From assembly GCA_028713995.1 (NCBI GenBank), contig JAQTNF010000003.1:2020-66019 (forward strand): a stretch of 64,000 nucleotides of DNA. The letters run 5' to 3'. Each line of letters begins with the position of its first letter. Position 1 is the stretch's first letter. Below, piece by piece: positions 10,232-19,931 of the stretch. Below the pieces are notes generated by a model. It saw only the letters and a list, made by a program, of their open reading frames with translations, did not search any database and was not told where the DNA came from. Both the position numbers and the translations under genes were made by a program. The stretch comes from Deltaproteobacteria bacterium (GTDB lineage Bacteria; Myxococcota_A; Polyangia; JAAYKL01).

Positions 10232-12712
10232 CTATTGTATCTGTACGGGGTTATCTTTCTTCTTGTTGGATGTTCCTTTTAAGGCCACCTTCACCCACCC
10301 CTGAACCGCCTCCAAGTTCCACGTCGTGTTCTCCAGAACAACATTCACGTACTTGTTGGTTCTGCCGAAATTGGATTTGTACGTGGCCGTGATCCTGATC
10401 GTCTTCGGAGCAGTCTGCACAGCCGTGATGTCCGAGAATCCGCCGTGTATGAAGACCTTGTCTCCGTCGTTCTCGTTTGCCTTGAAGTCCTCGACGTACA
10501 GGCTGTTCGGCTGGATTTTGTGGTAGAAACGGTCCTCTCCTCCGCCTCCGAACATCTCGCAGTCTTTTCCCTCGCTGCATTCAAGGATATTGGACTGCGT
10601 GTTGCCGTACAGGGTGTATCTTGGAGATCCGCTGGTTTTCAGTACCTTGAGGTATTTGATTTTGTAGGGGTTATCCTGTTCTGTGTAGATTATACCATTG
10701 GCTCCATTTTCGATAACAGCAAATGGAGCCGATCCGCCTTTCCGTGAAGCGAGATTCTGCGGGGAAAGGACATTGCCGGAAAACGGGTTGCTTATGATCG
10801 TGTCGTAGACCTTGTGGACATTGGCGTGATAGGTCACAAATCTGTCTTTTATCTTTTCAAGGCCGAATTCGCAGATATATGGAAGATATTTAAGTGCGGC
10901 ATCAACCGGTTCGCATGCTTTCTCTTTAAGATTTTCCACAAAGACTTCCACAAGTTTACCGTTCAGGATCTTGTACATCCTTACACCGCGTAGTCTTCCT
11001 TTTATGCTCCTGCCGACGGCTTTCTCGATTGTGTACGTGGCGCCTTGGTCCACAACGTATTCGAGCCCCTCGGCGACGGCCTCATCGATCACGAAATCAA
11101 CGTATTTATGAAGCTCTTCGAACAAAGGGAAATCGGGGTTGCCGCTGTAGTCGATAAGATACCCCTCGCGGCAGGTCTTCATCAGCGCCTCGCTTCCGGA
11201 CCAGCTCGCGTCCGCGACAAGGCAGGCTCCGCTTCCGCCAAAGCTGGCAAAACTGGTGTTGTCGAAATCTGTCTTGTAGGCAACCGGGGAAGCGGCGGGG
11301 TCGAGCGCGATGAGGTTTATTCCTCCGAGTTTTTCCGACAGCTTCTTCGTCAGCAGGCCTCCGAGCGAAAACCCGATGACAGTCGTCTTGTCCTTGTTGA
11401 TCCCCCACTTCTTCAGGGCATCGGCGATGACATCCGTTACGGGGCCGATCCATTTGGAGGCCTGAAGCGGGGTGGCGGTCTTCGCGATTGCGGACCAGTC
11501 CAACAGAAGTACCTGCGCTTTGGGATCGTTTATCAGGATATTTTCGGCCATCTGCTTTGTCCAGACCGCCCAGTTATTGTCGCCGGTAGCCTGTCCGTAA
11601 GGTGAATTCCAACCGTGAGAGATGATGTATGTATTATTGCCATTCGATTTCGCTGAATCTACAGGGCCTCCAGCCTTTATATAGAATTTCTGATCCAGTT
11701 TGTCCGACAGAAGCATGTTGGGAGCGATAGGTAGCCCGACCATTGTGCCGTTCGTATATACCTTGACCCAGTTCCCGCCTTTCCCCGTGACACTGTACTC
11801 GCCGGTAATGCTGAATGGCTTCTTCTCTTCGGTCCTTCTTGCAGAGGCTTTCCTTTTGACCTCCTTTGCGATGTCCTCCCCGCTTATGCCCCTTTTGTCG
11901 CACCAGTCCATTACAACCACATATTCGAGGTACGGCTTCTCATTGCCGTTGTCGTCTCTCGATGCCCAGACGCATGTTTCAAGTGCGGTCAGTCCATCGC
12001 CATGGGCTTTATTCATGTGTTCCAATATCTTGTCAGCCCTTGTACTGGAGATGCCCTGGGTGATTTTATCTGCTTTATTAAAAATCGCCGCACGTGAAAT
12101 GAAATCAGACAAGCCCGCGCTGGCAACCAAATAGCTGCCCGTATTCACTTTCTCTTTACATCCGGATGACGTCGGAATCCCTTTGCAGGGATTGGTGTAA
12201 CCGGCCTGTGAATCCCAACTGGAGGAAGGAGTGGAGGTCGCTGACGTTTCGGATGCACCGTCCAATTCGCCCACCGGCACGTAATAAGTCTTCCCGTTAT
12301 AGGTGACTTTCTGCCAGAGGGACACGCCGTTATATGAATCGCCGTAGACGGGTTCGCCTGTGGCGATAACACCGCTAGCCAGGCTGACGGTACATTCGGA
12401 ACGGGAAGCGTCTGCGCAAAGGACTGTAGTGCCGACAGTCTGCCCGTCCAGGCTCGGGTAGGCATCCTGCCGCAGGGATTCGTCATAGTCGCTCTCGGTA
12501 TCGTATGATGAGGCATCTCCTTCTGTGGCTGACGGGGGCAGCTTCTGGAATTCCGTTTCGGTGTTCTTATATGCAACTCCGTCGATTACTATCTCGTCGT
12601 TGCCAATGTATCCCTGTTCGGCATGCGCGAAACAGAAGCCGGCAAGTAAAACCAGGACAGCAGATAAAAATGTAATGAGGCGGGTGGCAACCTTCTTCAG
12701 CGAGGTCTTCAT
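10232..12712 (-). CDS. Secreted lipase of the pancreatic-lipase fold family (alpha/beta hydrolase)
   Basis: 826 aa. Signal peptide. The segment HGWNS...LLLDWSAIA...VIGFSLGGLL...LDPAASP matches the GxSxG / GLDPAGP arrangement of the PL family. Confidence 0.55.
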   Translation of the reverse strand: MKTSLKKVATRLITFLSAVLVLLAGFCFAHAEQGYIGNDEIVIDGVAYKNTETEFQKLPPSATEGDASSYDTESDYDESLRQDAYPSLDGQTVGTTVLCADASRSECTVSLASGVIATGEPVYGDSYNGVSLWQKVTYNGKTYYVPVGELDGASETSATSTPSSSWDSQAGYTNPCKGIPTSSGCKEKVNTGSYLVASAGLSDFISRAAIFNKADKITQGISSTRADKILEHMNKAHGDGLTALETCVWASRDDNGNEKPYLEYVVVMDWCDKRGISGEDIAKEVKRKASARRTEEKKPFSITGEYSVTGKGGNWVKVYTNGTMVGLPIAPNMLLSDKLDQKFYIKAGGPVDSAKSNGNNTYIISHGWNSPYGQATGDNNWAVWTKQMAENILINDPKAQVLLLDWSAIAKTATPLQASKWIGPVTDVIADALKKWGINKDKTTVIGFSLGGLLTKKLSEKLGGINLIALDPAASPVAYKTDFDNTSFASFGGSGACLVADASWSGSEALMKTCREGYLIDYSGNPDFPLFEELHKYVDFVIDEAVAEGLEYVVDQGATYTIEKAVGRSIKGRLRGVRMYKILNGKLVEVFVENLKEKACEPVDAALKYLPYICEFGLEKIKDRFVTYHANVHKVYDTIISNPFSGNVLSPQNLASRKGGSAPFAVIENGANGIIYTEQDNPYKIKYLKVLKTSGSPRYTLYGNTQSNILECSEGKDCEMFGGGGEDRFYHKIQPNSLYVEDFKANENDGDKVFIHGGFSDITAVQTAPKTIRITATYKSNFGRTNKYVNVVLENTTWNLEAVQGWVKVALKGTSNKKKDNPVQIQ

Positions 12713-12794
12713 GTGGAAGGTTGATTAACGGTAACATATAATAAATATTTCTATATAAAATGTCAAGCTTAATTAACTCATATTAAATCTCGTC

Positions 12795-12838
12795 ATGTTC
12801 AAGAACCCCGCTGTCCGTTTAAAGTGGACGCGGGGTTC
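12795..12838. terminator. Possible terminator hairpin between two minus-strand genes
   Basis: GAACCCCGCTGTCC-gtttaaagt-GGACGCGGGGTTC forms a roughly 12-bp stem just downstream (minus sense) of 12861..14852. T-rich flank is present on the plus side only. Confidence 0.3.
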
Positions 12839-12860
12839 TATGAGGCTTTTCTCCTTTCTT

Positions 12861-14852
12861 TCAGTAGGTCTCGACGTCGAGGGTGTCGGACGCGCAGCCG
12901 GTGACGTTGCACACCTCGATCTTGAGCGTGATGGGGCCGTCGCACACCCCGTCTGTGTAGCTGATGTTCATCGGTGAGCCGGTGACATCCCCGCTTTCCG
13001 GATCGAACGTCCCGTCGACACCGCAGTTCAGGACCTGTGACGCCGTGAACGTGTCCGCGTCAGTCGAAGTGAAGATGAGCGGATAGGTCTCTCCGATCAT
13101 GCACCATCCGGGAGCAGAACCACCCGAGCAGTCGAGCTCGACGATGGTGATGGTGGGGAGCGGCGGCACTTCGCAGTTGTCGCCGGTCCATCCGTCAGTG
13201 CAGTTGCACGAGCCCGAGGGCTCGGTGCAGGAGCCGTGATCGCCGCAGTCGACGTCGGGAGGGTTGGCACATCCCGTGAGGGCGTCACACGTCTCGGTAC
13301 CGTTACAGGCCAGGCCGTCGTCGCAGGTGAGCAGTGTTCCGGACTGGCAGCCGAGGACGGAGTCACAGGTCTCGATGCCGTTGCACACGTCGTTGTCGTC
13401 GCAGACAAGAGGAGTGCCGTTCTGGCAGCCGGCGACAGGATCGCAGGTTTCCAGTCCGTTGCACGCGTCGTTGTCATCACAGACGAGAGAATCGACGTGA
13501 ACGCAGTCGCCGGTTCCGGAGTCGCAGACTTCAGAGCCGTTGCACACGTTTCCGTCGTCGGGGCAGGACACTCCGTAGCAGAGATCGGCAACACAGGTCG
13601 GGTAACCGGTGTAACCGGCAGCGCACGAGGTGCAGTTGGTGGCGGGGTCGTAGCCGGTGTCGCAGGAGCACGAGCCGAAGGGCTCGGTACAATCGCCGTA
13701 GTCGCCGCAGTCGATGTCGGCAGGATTGATGCAACCCGTTTCGGGGATGCAGGTTTCCAGACCGTTGCAGGCAAGACCGTCGTCACACGTGAGCGGGTCG
13801 TAGTGCTTGCACTCGCCGTCGGAAGGATCGCAGTTCTCGTTGCCGTTGCAGAGGTCGCCGTCATCTTCGCAGACAACGCTTTCGCAAAGGTCGACCGTGA
13901 GGTCGATGGACTTCGCGTCCTCCGCATGGTGGCGGTAGGCGGGATCGATGTTGATGTCAGAGACTGAAAAGGTGAGATCGTGCTGACCGTTGAAGAGCGG
14001 CAGGCGGAACCGGTTGGGTTCGCTTTGCGGGATCAGGCAGATGGCGGTAGAGCCGTCTTTGATCTCGAAAGTAACCCAGGTCGGGAAAGCCGTTTGCTCT
14101 TCATCAGCGAGAGTGACCTCGATGAGGACTCCGTCCCCGTTCACGTCGTACCCGTTGGTATCGCCGGGAACGAAAGAGACGGAGAACCCGCCGAATGGTC
14201 GGTTCAGGACGGCGTAGGCTGAGAAGGTGTCTGTCAGGTACATGGCTCCCATGCTGTCGACAACCGTCGGCTGGACGATCTCGAAGTGAGGCGTGGAAGC
14301 CTCGGAGAGCCATTTCATGACAGAGCCGAACCATGAGGGGAAGGTAAGCGTGACGTCGAGCTTGGGCTCGATCTCGTTGTAGCCGCTGTCCCCGTAGGGG
14401 TTGGCGGCCGAGATGGCCTTGTACACGACGCCGTCAGCGCTGAGGATCTTGTTGTCGGGATTCTGGGCGTCGCACAGGGCGCCGTCCTCGTCCTCGACAA
14501 GAGCGTCGGCCGGGAAGTTGGCGCGGGCGATGATCGCGATGACGCATTCATCGAACGTGCCTTCCGTGTAAACGGCCTTGAGACCGTGAAGGGCCGACGC
14601 TTCGTCGGTGACCTCGAGGGTCTGCGCGCCGTCTCCTGGGCAGAAGCACTTTTCGGCGAGGAACGTGCCGAACTCGAAAGACGTGTTCTGGCAGTTCACC
14701 TCGTCGGTGTCGCTGTCGGAGTCCGAGTCGGAATCCGAGTCTGTGTCCGTGTCGGTGTTGCCACCGTCGGACGAGTCAGAGTCATTGCCGTCGCAGGCGA
14801 CGGCGAGAAGCGCCGCGAAAAGGGCGCACGAGAGCGTGAAGAGAATGCGCAT
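12861..14852 (-). CDS. Lipoprotein with Myxococcus cysteine-rich repeats and an Asp-Ser/Thr acidic linker
   Basis: 663 aa. Signal and lipobox LLAVAC. DTDTDSDSDSDSDSDTDE linker. Tandem CDDGLACNG(L/T)ETC repeats. About 60 % GC. Confidence 0.7.
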   Translation of the reverse strand: MRILFTLSCALFAALLAVACDGNDSDSSDGGNTDTDTDSDSDSDSDSDTDEVNCQNTSFEFGTFLAEKCFCPGDGAQTLEVTDEASALHGLKAVYTEGTFDECVIAIIARANFPADALVEDEDGALCDAQNPDNKILSADGVVYKAISAANPYGDSGYNEIEPKLDVTLTFPSWFGSVMKWLSEASTPHFEIVQPTVVDSMGAMYLTDTFSAYAVLNRPFGGFSVSFVPGDTNGYDVNGDGVLIEVTLADEEQTAFPTWVTFEIKDGSTAICLIPQSEPNRFRLPLFNGQHDLTFSVSDINIDPAYRHHAEDAKSIDLTVDLCESVVCEDDGDLCNGNENCDPSDGECKHYDPLTCDDGLACNGLETCIPETGCINPADIDCGDYGDCTEPFGSCSCDTGYDPATNCTSCAAGYTGYPTCVADLCYGVSCPDDGNVCNGSEVCDSGTGDCVHVDSLVCDDNDACNGLETCDPVAGCQNGTPLVCDDNDVCNGIETCDSVLGCQSGTLLTCDDGLACNGTETCDALTGCANPPDVDCGDHGSCTEPSGSCNCTDGWTGDNCEVPPLPTITIVELDCSGGSAPGWCMIGETYPLIFTSTDADTFTASQVLNCGVDGTFDPESGDVTGSPMNISYTDGVCDGPITLKIEVCNVTGCASDTLDVETY

Positions 14853-15709
14853 GGCGCAGCTCCTTTCTCCAGGTCCCGAGGGGACCGGTTTTTACGGGTT
14901 TGATTTCTGCCGGGCGGACCGGTGGCGATATGGCTCCGCTTCCATATTTCAGGAAAGGAGTCGCCCTCGATCTGCCCGTCAGGAATTGCCCGCCGGAGTC
15001 AGGGAGCTCGTTGCTTGTAGGACTGGTTCGGAGCGCTCATGGTTGCTGCCTTTCCACGCCCCTAAAAAAAAAGGGCGTGATGGACCCGCGCTCCGCGGAA
15101 GCCCATCCGCCCTCCCGAACGAACGGAGGTAGTCACTCCTCCGCCTTTCGGCAGCGGTGGTTGCGGAGCGCGTTTGTCCTGTGAAGCCGTCCCCGTCACG
15201 GGTGACAAATCCGTCAAGTCCGATGAACATCGGACAGGATCAGGCTTCACCATAAGGATGGTGTCGGTTAGGGCTTCGGGTCAAGAGAAACCAGAGCATA
15301 GAAACTGAAAGGATAATTAAAGCCTCATTGTTAAGGAGCAGCCGTTCCTCACTCCCATTGGGACGAGGACACGGCAAAGCGATGCCGGGCGTTTTTCACG
15401 CACGGTTCAACCGACTTGCTGTCGCAGGAACGGCCGATGGTGCAGTACCCGGCAGGAAACATAAAAACCGTTATTAAAGTGAAGTGTATTTATTTTATAC
15501 TATTTATTTGGATTTGTCAATTCAAGTGTATTTAATTATAGCATATTCTCACTACTTATTTAATCTGATTTTCCTGGGCGTGCCCCCCGAAGGACATCGG
15601 GGGTCGGGCTCTACGCTACTGCTTGCAACGCTGCGATCCCTCACGCGGAATACCTTGACATCTTCGTCCGCTCAGATAACCCTTCTAAAAACAAACAGGA
15701 GGTCCGATT

Positions 15710-16465
15710 ATGACGAAAGAAAAGAAGACGACTGCCCTGGCCAAGGTTGCTCCCGCCCGTGAATCGGCCGAGGAGGTCGCCCCGCCCGACCTCCCGGGCA
15801 TCGGGAACGTGGAGAAAAGCCTTCTCAACACGGCGGTAGGCGAGATCAACCGGCTGTATGCGGCCAAGAGCGTCGAGACGGCCTGCGCCGTGGGCGAGTA
15901 CATCCTCAAGACCTTCTTCAAGGGCGACATGGACAACTTCAACGAGTGGGGAAACAAACACGAGACCTTCGGAGAACTGCTCAGCATGGCGCAGGGGGAG
16001 GACAGCCCCCTGCACATCTCGTCCTCCGGGCTCTGGTACTCGGTGAGGATCCTCGAGCAGGTGAAAGCGCTACCCCAGGAAATCGCCATGGCCCTTCCCG
16101 GCACCCATCACAGGATGCTCGTGCCGGTGAAGGACGAGAAGAAAAAACTACAGCTCGCGAAGATGGCTGTGAGCAAGGGCTTGACCTCGCGAGCTTTCCA
16201 GGAGGAGGTCAGGGCAGTCCGTGAGGGAGAGATGCGGGAAGGGAACTCGCCCGGCCGCCCACCTCTCCCAGTCTGGGCGAAGGCCCTGAAGAAGTCGGTC
16301 AAGGCAATCAAGGACCTCACGGTGCAGGGCGTTACCAAGGACTCCTTCGGCAACTACAGCGCCGACGACGCCAATGAACTCCTCTCCGAGGTCAACGACG
16401 CCATTGACAAGATGAAGAAACTCCAGGAGAAAATCAGAACGCACGTCGAGAAGATGGCCGAGTAA
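15710..16465 (+). CDS. ParB/KorB-like DNA-binding protein (putative), orphan
   Basis: 251 aa. ALPGTHHRMLVPV ... GLTSRAFQEEV resembles the ParB LSxGHARALL...LSVRELE region. No parA partner nearby. Confidence 0.35.
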   Translation: MTKEKKTTALAKVAPARESAEEVAPPDLPGIGNVEKSLLNTAVGEINRLYAAKSVETACAVGEYILKTFFKGDMDNFNEWGNKHETFGELLSMAQGEDSPLHISSSGLWYSVRILEQVKALPQEIAMALPGTHHRMLVPVKDEKKKLQLAKMAVSKGLTSRAFQEEVRAVREGEMREGNSPGRPPLPVWAKALKKSVKAIKDLTVQGVTKDSFGNYSADDANELLSEVNDAIDKMKKLQEKIRTHVEKMAE

Positions 16466-16483
16466 TTTTCCAGCGCTGGAAAA
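16466..16483. repeat. Perfect 18-bp palindrome TTTTCCAGCGCTGGAAAA, immediately after the stop of 15710..16465
   Basis: Third member of the palindrome family (3358, 6455). Confidence 0.7.
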
Positions 16484-16605
16484 CTTCAACCTTTCTGTCC
16501 ACCAGCCGGAGCTCCACCATGGTCTGTGAGAGCTGATCTCCCAGCAGAACTCGTAGATGGACTTCGTCCCTGCCCGGCTCCCGTTTGTCCTGCCGATTTC
16601 GGATC

Positions 16606-18261
16606 TCACTCTGGCCGGTGGTCACACGATATTCCCGACTGATAATGCGCGTCTACGGTTATGTAGCCACTTTCCAATGGAATCAAACGCAGTGAGCGAA
16701 TCGTTTGTCCGTCTTTTAGTATTTCTTGAGACTCTTCGTTATTCACCGATATTCCCGGAGAACACCATCCCTCCTTGGGCTCGAATTCAATTTGATACTC
16801 ACCTCTTGGGACGAAAAGGGTTACTCCGCATTTGTTTTCGTGCTTTGAAAAAGTTCCTTCCCTGTGGTTATTACCGAAGACCTGTCGAAGCCGGTATTTG
16901 ATCCCCACGGGATTGGACCTTATGAATAGCTCAGCCACTTCGGGAGATGCGCCTATCGGAAGATACCGCCCTATGATGCTTTCCCCTTCTGACGGATCCA
17001 ACAGATCTTCCAGCCCTTCCGGCGGCGTTTCCAGGTTAAAATAGATGGGGGCTGGTGTGACAAAACCATCCACATCGTCGAATACGACCTTGTATCCGAT
17101 TCCAGGAAATGGTGCACTAGGAAGAACATGCTGAGATTCACATAACCCGTTCTTCACCTCTCTGCTCGGGCCGTCGCCCATTGGATTTCCATCAGCTGTA
17201 CGTCCAACAGTCCAACCCCCGTCTGGAATATTGGTTCTCACGACAACTGAATTCATAAGGGATTGGCCAACGCTCCTTTCAGAAACCTTTTCAGGAAGCT
17301 GCGCGTTAGGAGCGGGCGCTAGGCTCACGATATTATCTTCCTTTTGAAGACGCTCCTCACCATTTGCCACTGTTTGAGAAGGTAGGTTCGTACTACTTTT
17401 TAAGGCACTTTTAGAGTGGTCACTAAAATCAGGCGATTCGCTGTGTCTGTCTAATCGGACAGTAGCAGATTCTTTTCCCCGATCCCTTGGGGGGATGTAT
17501 CTATCTGATTGGATAGCAGCAGATTCTTCTCCCCGATCCCTTTGGGGGACTGGACTCTGCTCAGATACCAATGTCTTCACTCCTATAATAACGATGGCTA
17601 CAGTAACTGCAGTTACCCCCAGGGCAGCCACGTGTGAGAATTTTAAGGACAGCCATTTGTACGGGGGAAGAATAGCTCTAAACAGTTGTCTAAATTCAAT
17701 TCTTTTTTTACTATAAAATAGATTCAGAAGGGTTTCATCGTCCTCTTGAATCCCTTCTTCCTGTAGGGCCGCCTTGATTTTCGGAATTGCGTTTCTAATA
17801 CCTTGGGCGTAATTGGACTTACTCCACAGATGTTCCATTGCCTCCTGTGAGGCGTTGCTTTTTTTACCTGTTGGTTTTGCTAGTTCAAAAGGGCTACTGA
17901 TGGCTTCGCATGTCGAACTCAACTCGCTTGCTAGAATATAAATAGCCCAGCCATTTGTTTTCGTTTTCTTTTTCAGAACTCGTTCAAAATGTCTTAACGC
18001 GCTGTCTTCATTCCCCGTGGTATTACCCATTATTGGAATACGCTGAGGCTGTTTTAATGTTTTGTCTTGGCGCTTTCGGCCGTATCCCATTGCAAGAGCT
18101 AGTTTTTCTATTTTATTACTGGGTCTTATTGCTTTGTAGTTTGCAATGATTTCCCTGAATCTCTCCTCGGGCATACACCATTCCCAGGAATCGTCTTTTT
18201 TTAAACGACTAGCCGCCTCTTTCGCAAACTCATCATAATTCTTCTCGTCAATGGGTTTCAT
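16606..18261 (-). CDS. Single-pass membrane protein of unknown function, with a cytoplasmic N-terminal domain and an extracytoplasmic repeat and Cys domain
   Basis: 551 aa. TM segment VAALGVTAVTVAIVIIGV. RDRGEESA/RDRGKESA repeats. About 40 % GC. Confidence 0.5.
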   Translation of the reverse strand: MKPIDEKNYDEFAKEAASRLKKDDSWEWCMPEERFREIIANYKAIRPSNKIEKLALAMGYGRKRQDKTLKQPQRIPIMGNTTGNEDSALRHFERVLKKKTKTNGWAIYILASELSSTCEAISSPFELAKPTGKKSNASQEAMEHLWSKSNYAQGIRNAIPKIKAALQEEGIQEDDETLLNLFYSKKRIEFRQLFRAILPPYKWLSLKFSHVAALGVTAVTVAIVIIGVKTLVSEQSPVPQRDRGEESAAIQSDRYIPPRDRGKESATVRLDRHSESPDFSDHSKSALKSSTNLPSQTVANGEERLQKEDNIVSLAPAPNAQLPEKVSERSVGQSLMNSVVVRTNIPDGGWTVGRTADGNPMGDGPSREVKNGLCESQHVLPSAPFPGIGYKVVFDDVDGFVTPAPIYFNLETPPEGLEDLLDPSEGESIIGRYLPIGASPEVAELFIRSNPVGIKYRLRQVFGNNHREGTFSKHENKCGVTLFVPRGEYQIEFEPKEGWCSPGISVNNEESQEILKDGQTIRSLRLIPLESGYITVDAHYQSGISCDHRPE

Positions 18262-18490
18262 TTCCCCTCCGTAGTCTGATTTGCTCCTCGAATCTGGAAC
18301 CGTATCTTTCCGTAAAAACCTTTCGCATCAATTCACAGAAATCACTTCGAAAGGCTTCGGTCTCGCCCCGGTCTTCCCAGATAGACGCAAGGCTGGTTCT
18401 GCATTTGTTAACCAAGTTCTCGATGTGGCGTTCCACCTCCGCTTCGATAGGGAGGCCACTATCGGGTAATAGGTTAAATTTGTTCTCCAT
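18248..18490 (-). CDS. Small hypothetical protein translationally coupled to the downstream membrane protein
   Basis: 80 aa. 14-nt overlap with 16606..18261. Confidence 0.4.
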   Translation of the reverse strand: MENKFNLLPDSGLPIEAEVERHIENLVNKCRTSLASIWEDRGETEAFRSDFCELMRKVFTERYGSRFEEQIRLRRGNETH

Positions 18491-18676
18491 ACTATTATAT
18501 TGTTAGATGTGTATCTTAAACACTTAATATTATAGCATATAAAATAGCATTATACAATACATTAACGGGGAATTCATATTCAATTCGTGGGAAAATATGA
18601 GAAGAAAGAGCACCGTAAGGATTGTACAAGGGGAGAAGGTGCTCGTAGAGGAATACATGGCACACTGGCCGAGTAG

Positions 18677-19555
18677 TTGACAATCACCGCTCTCGATGGC
18701 CGCCACAAATTGCCTTTGTGGTGCTGTTTTCATCTATCTTATAATGTCATAGAAGTGTCCTCCTTACCCTCATGGGTTATCTTTAATAAAAAATACTTGG
18801 AGAATCGAGAAACCGAAAGACAGGATGATGCGCAGTACACGTTGAGGGTCTTCATCAGGTCCTCGGAAACAGGTGCGGAAGACAACCCGACAACGCTCAT
18901 CAAGGCAGTCAAACACCTCGGGACAAGGGACGTGGAACTTTTCCTGCCGGAGATAAGGGAGGTCGTGTCCCTAGGATGGGTGCCTGAGATAGTCTATAAG
19001 ATGGCCGAGGGCGGCGACCTCCTGGACATTATCATCAGACCAGATCCGAAAGCGCTCCTTGGTTGGCGAAAGGTGGACAAGGGCGACAGCCCCGACAGCC
19101 AACATGAAACGCCGGCAATGGCGTCGGAGACGGGCACGGTCGTCGACGAGAAACAGCACGAGCGAGAAGCCGGCGCGTCCTCGCCGGAAGCCCCGCGCCC
19201 GCACACACTGAACGATGAACTCTTGTACCGGGTAATCTATGAGAACCGCGAAATCCGTGTGAATGGGTTCGTCCTGTCCAAGCCCAACTACGATTCCGAG
19301 AATGACGTCGTGTTCGAACACGTGTTCCACAACGCCAACAGGAAAGTCGGCCTGGAAGAGATAGAGACGGCGATTCATAGGCCTCTCAAGAAGAGGCTCG
19401 GCGAAGTTGTCCGCGACCTCGGTTTCACGGGTGATCTCAAGGCCATCTTCTTCCCCGATGTCTCGAAGGCCGCCGTTCGCTTCGTGAACCCGGTGACGGC
19501 TGCCGACTTCGCGGCCCGTCGACTCAGGGCGCCTCGCCTCGGCACCGGCTTATAG
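18677..19555 (+). CDS. Hypothetical protein
   Basis: 292-aa ORF. Start uncertain. Confidence 0.4.
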   Translation: MTITALDGRHKLPLWCCFHLSYNVIEVSSLPSWVIFNKKYLENRETERQDDAQYTLRVFIRSSETGAEDNPTTLIKAVKHLGTRDVELFLPEIREVVSLGWVPEIVYKMAEGGDLLDIIIRPDPKALLGWRKVDKGDSPDSQHETPAMASETGTVVDEKQHEREAGASSPEAPRPHTLNDELLYRVIYENREIRVNGFVLSKPNYDSENDVVFEHVFHNANRKVGLEEIETAIHRPLKKRLGEVVRDLGFTGDLKAIFFPDVSKAAVRFVNPVTAADFAARRLRAPRLGTGL

Positions 19556-19581
19556 AGAACTGGTGTGGCCGAGGAGGATCG

Positions 19582-19929
19582 ATGTGGACAAGGGAGGGTC
19601 GAGCGGGTTCATTGGGCGCGGCCCGCTTTTTCGGTGCATCATGGGAAGCCCGTGCTTGCGGGGACTTGTATTTCCTAACACCCAAACAAATGGCCAACTA
19701 TTTCGTGACCGCGGATGTCGACCTCGCCGCGACGATCATTACTACCGCTGGTTCACCCATAGCCGACATCGACAGGTCCGACCCGTCTAGACCCAAGATT
19801 CGTTTCAACCGCGAAGACGTTATCGACGAGCTCGTGCAGGCGTACTACCGGGGCGACCTCCGTGTGGATCCGCTGGTGTTCGCGATGGTGCACCGGTTCC
19901 TCCGCTTTAAAATTAACCAGAAGAAGTAG
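19582..19929 (+). CDS. Small hypothetical protein with a degenerate copy of the YFLTPKQM module
   Basis: tatttcctaacacccaaacaaatg matches the module tail of 6665..6690. Confidence 0.4.
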   Translation: MWTREGRAGSLGAARFFGASWEARACGDLYFLTPKQMANYFVTADVDLAATIITTAGSPIADIDRSDPSRPKIRFNREDVIDELVQAYYRGDLRVDPLVFAMVHRFLRFKINQKK

Positions 19930-19931
19930 AC

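Noticed and set aside
13097-13967. 276-aa and 243-aa ORFs inside the Cys-repeat gene
   Set aside because: Low-complexity Thr/Ala/Arg translations typical of off-frame reading of GC-rich repeats.
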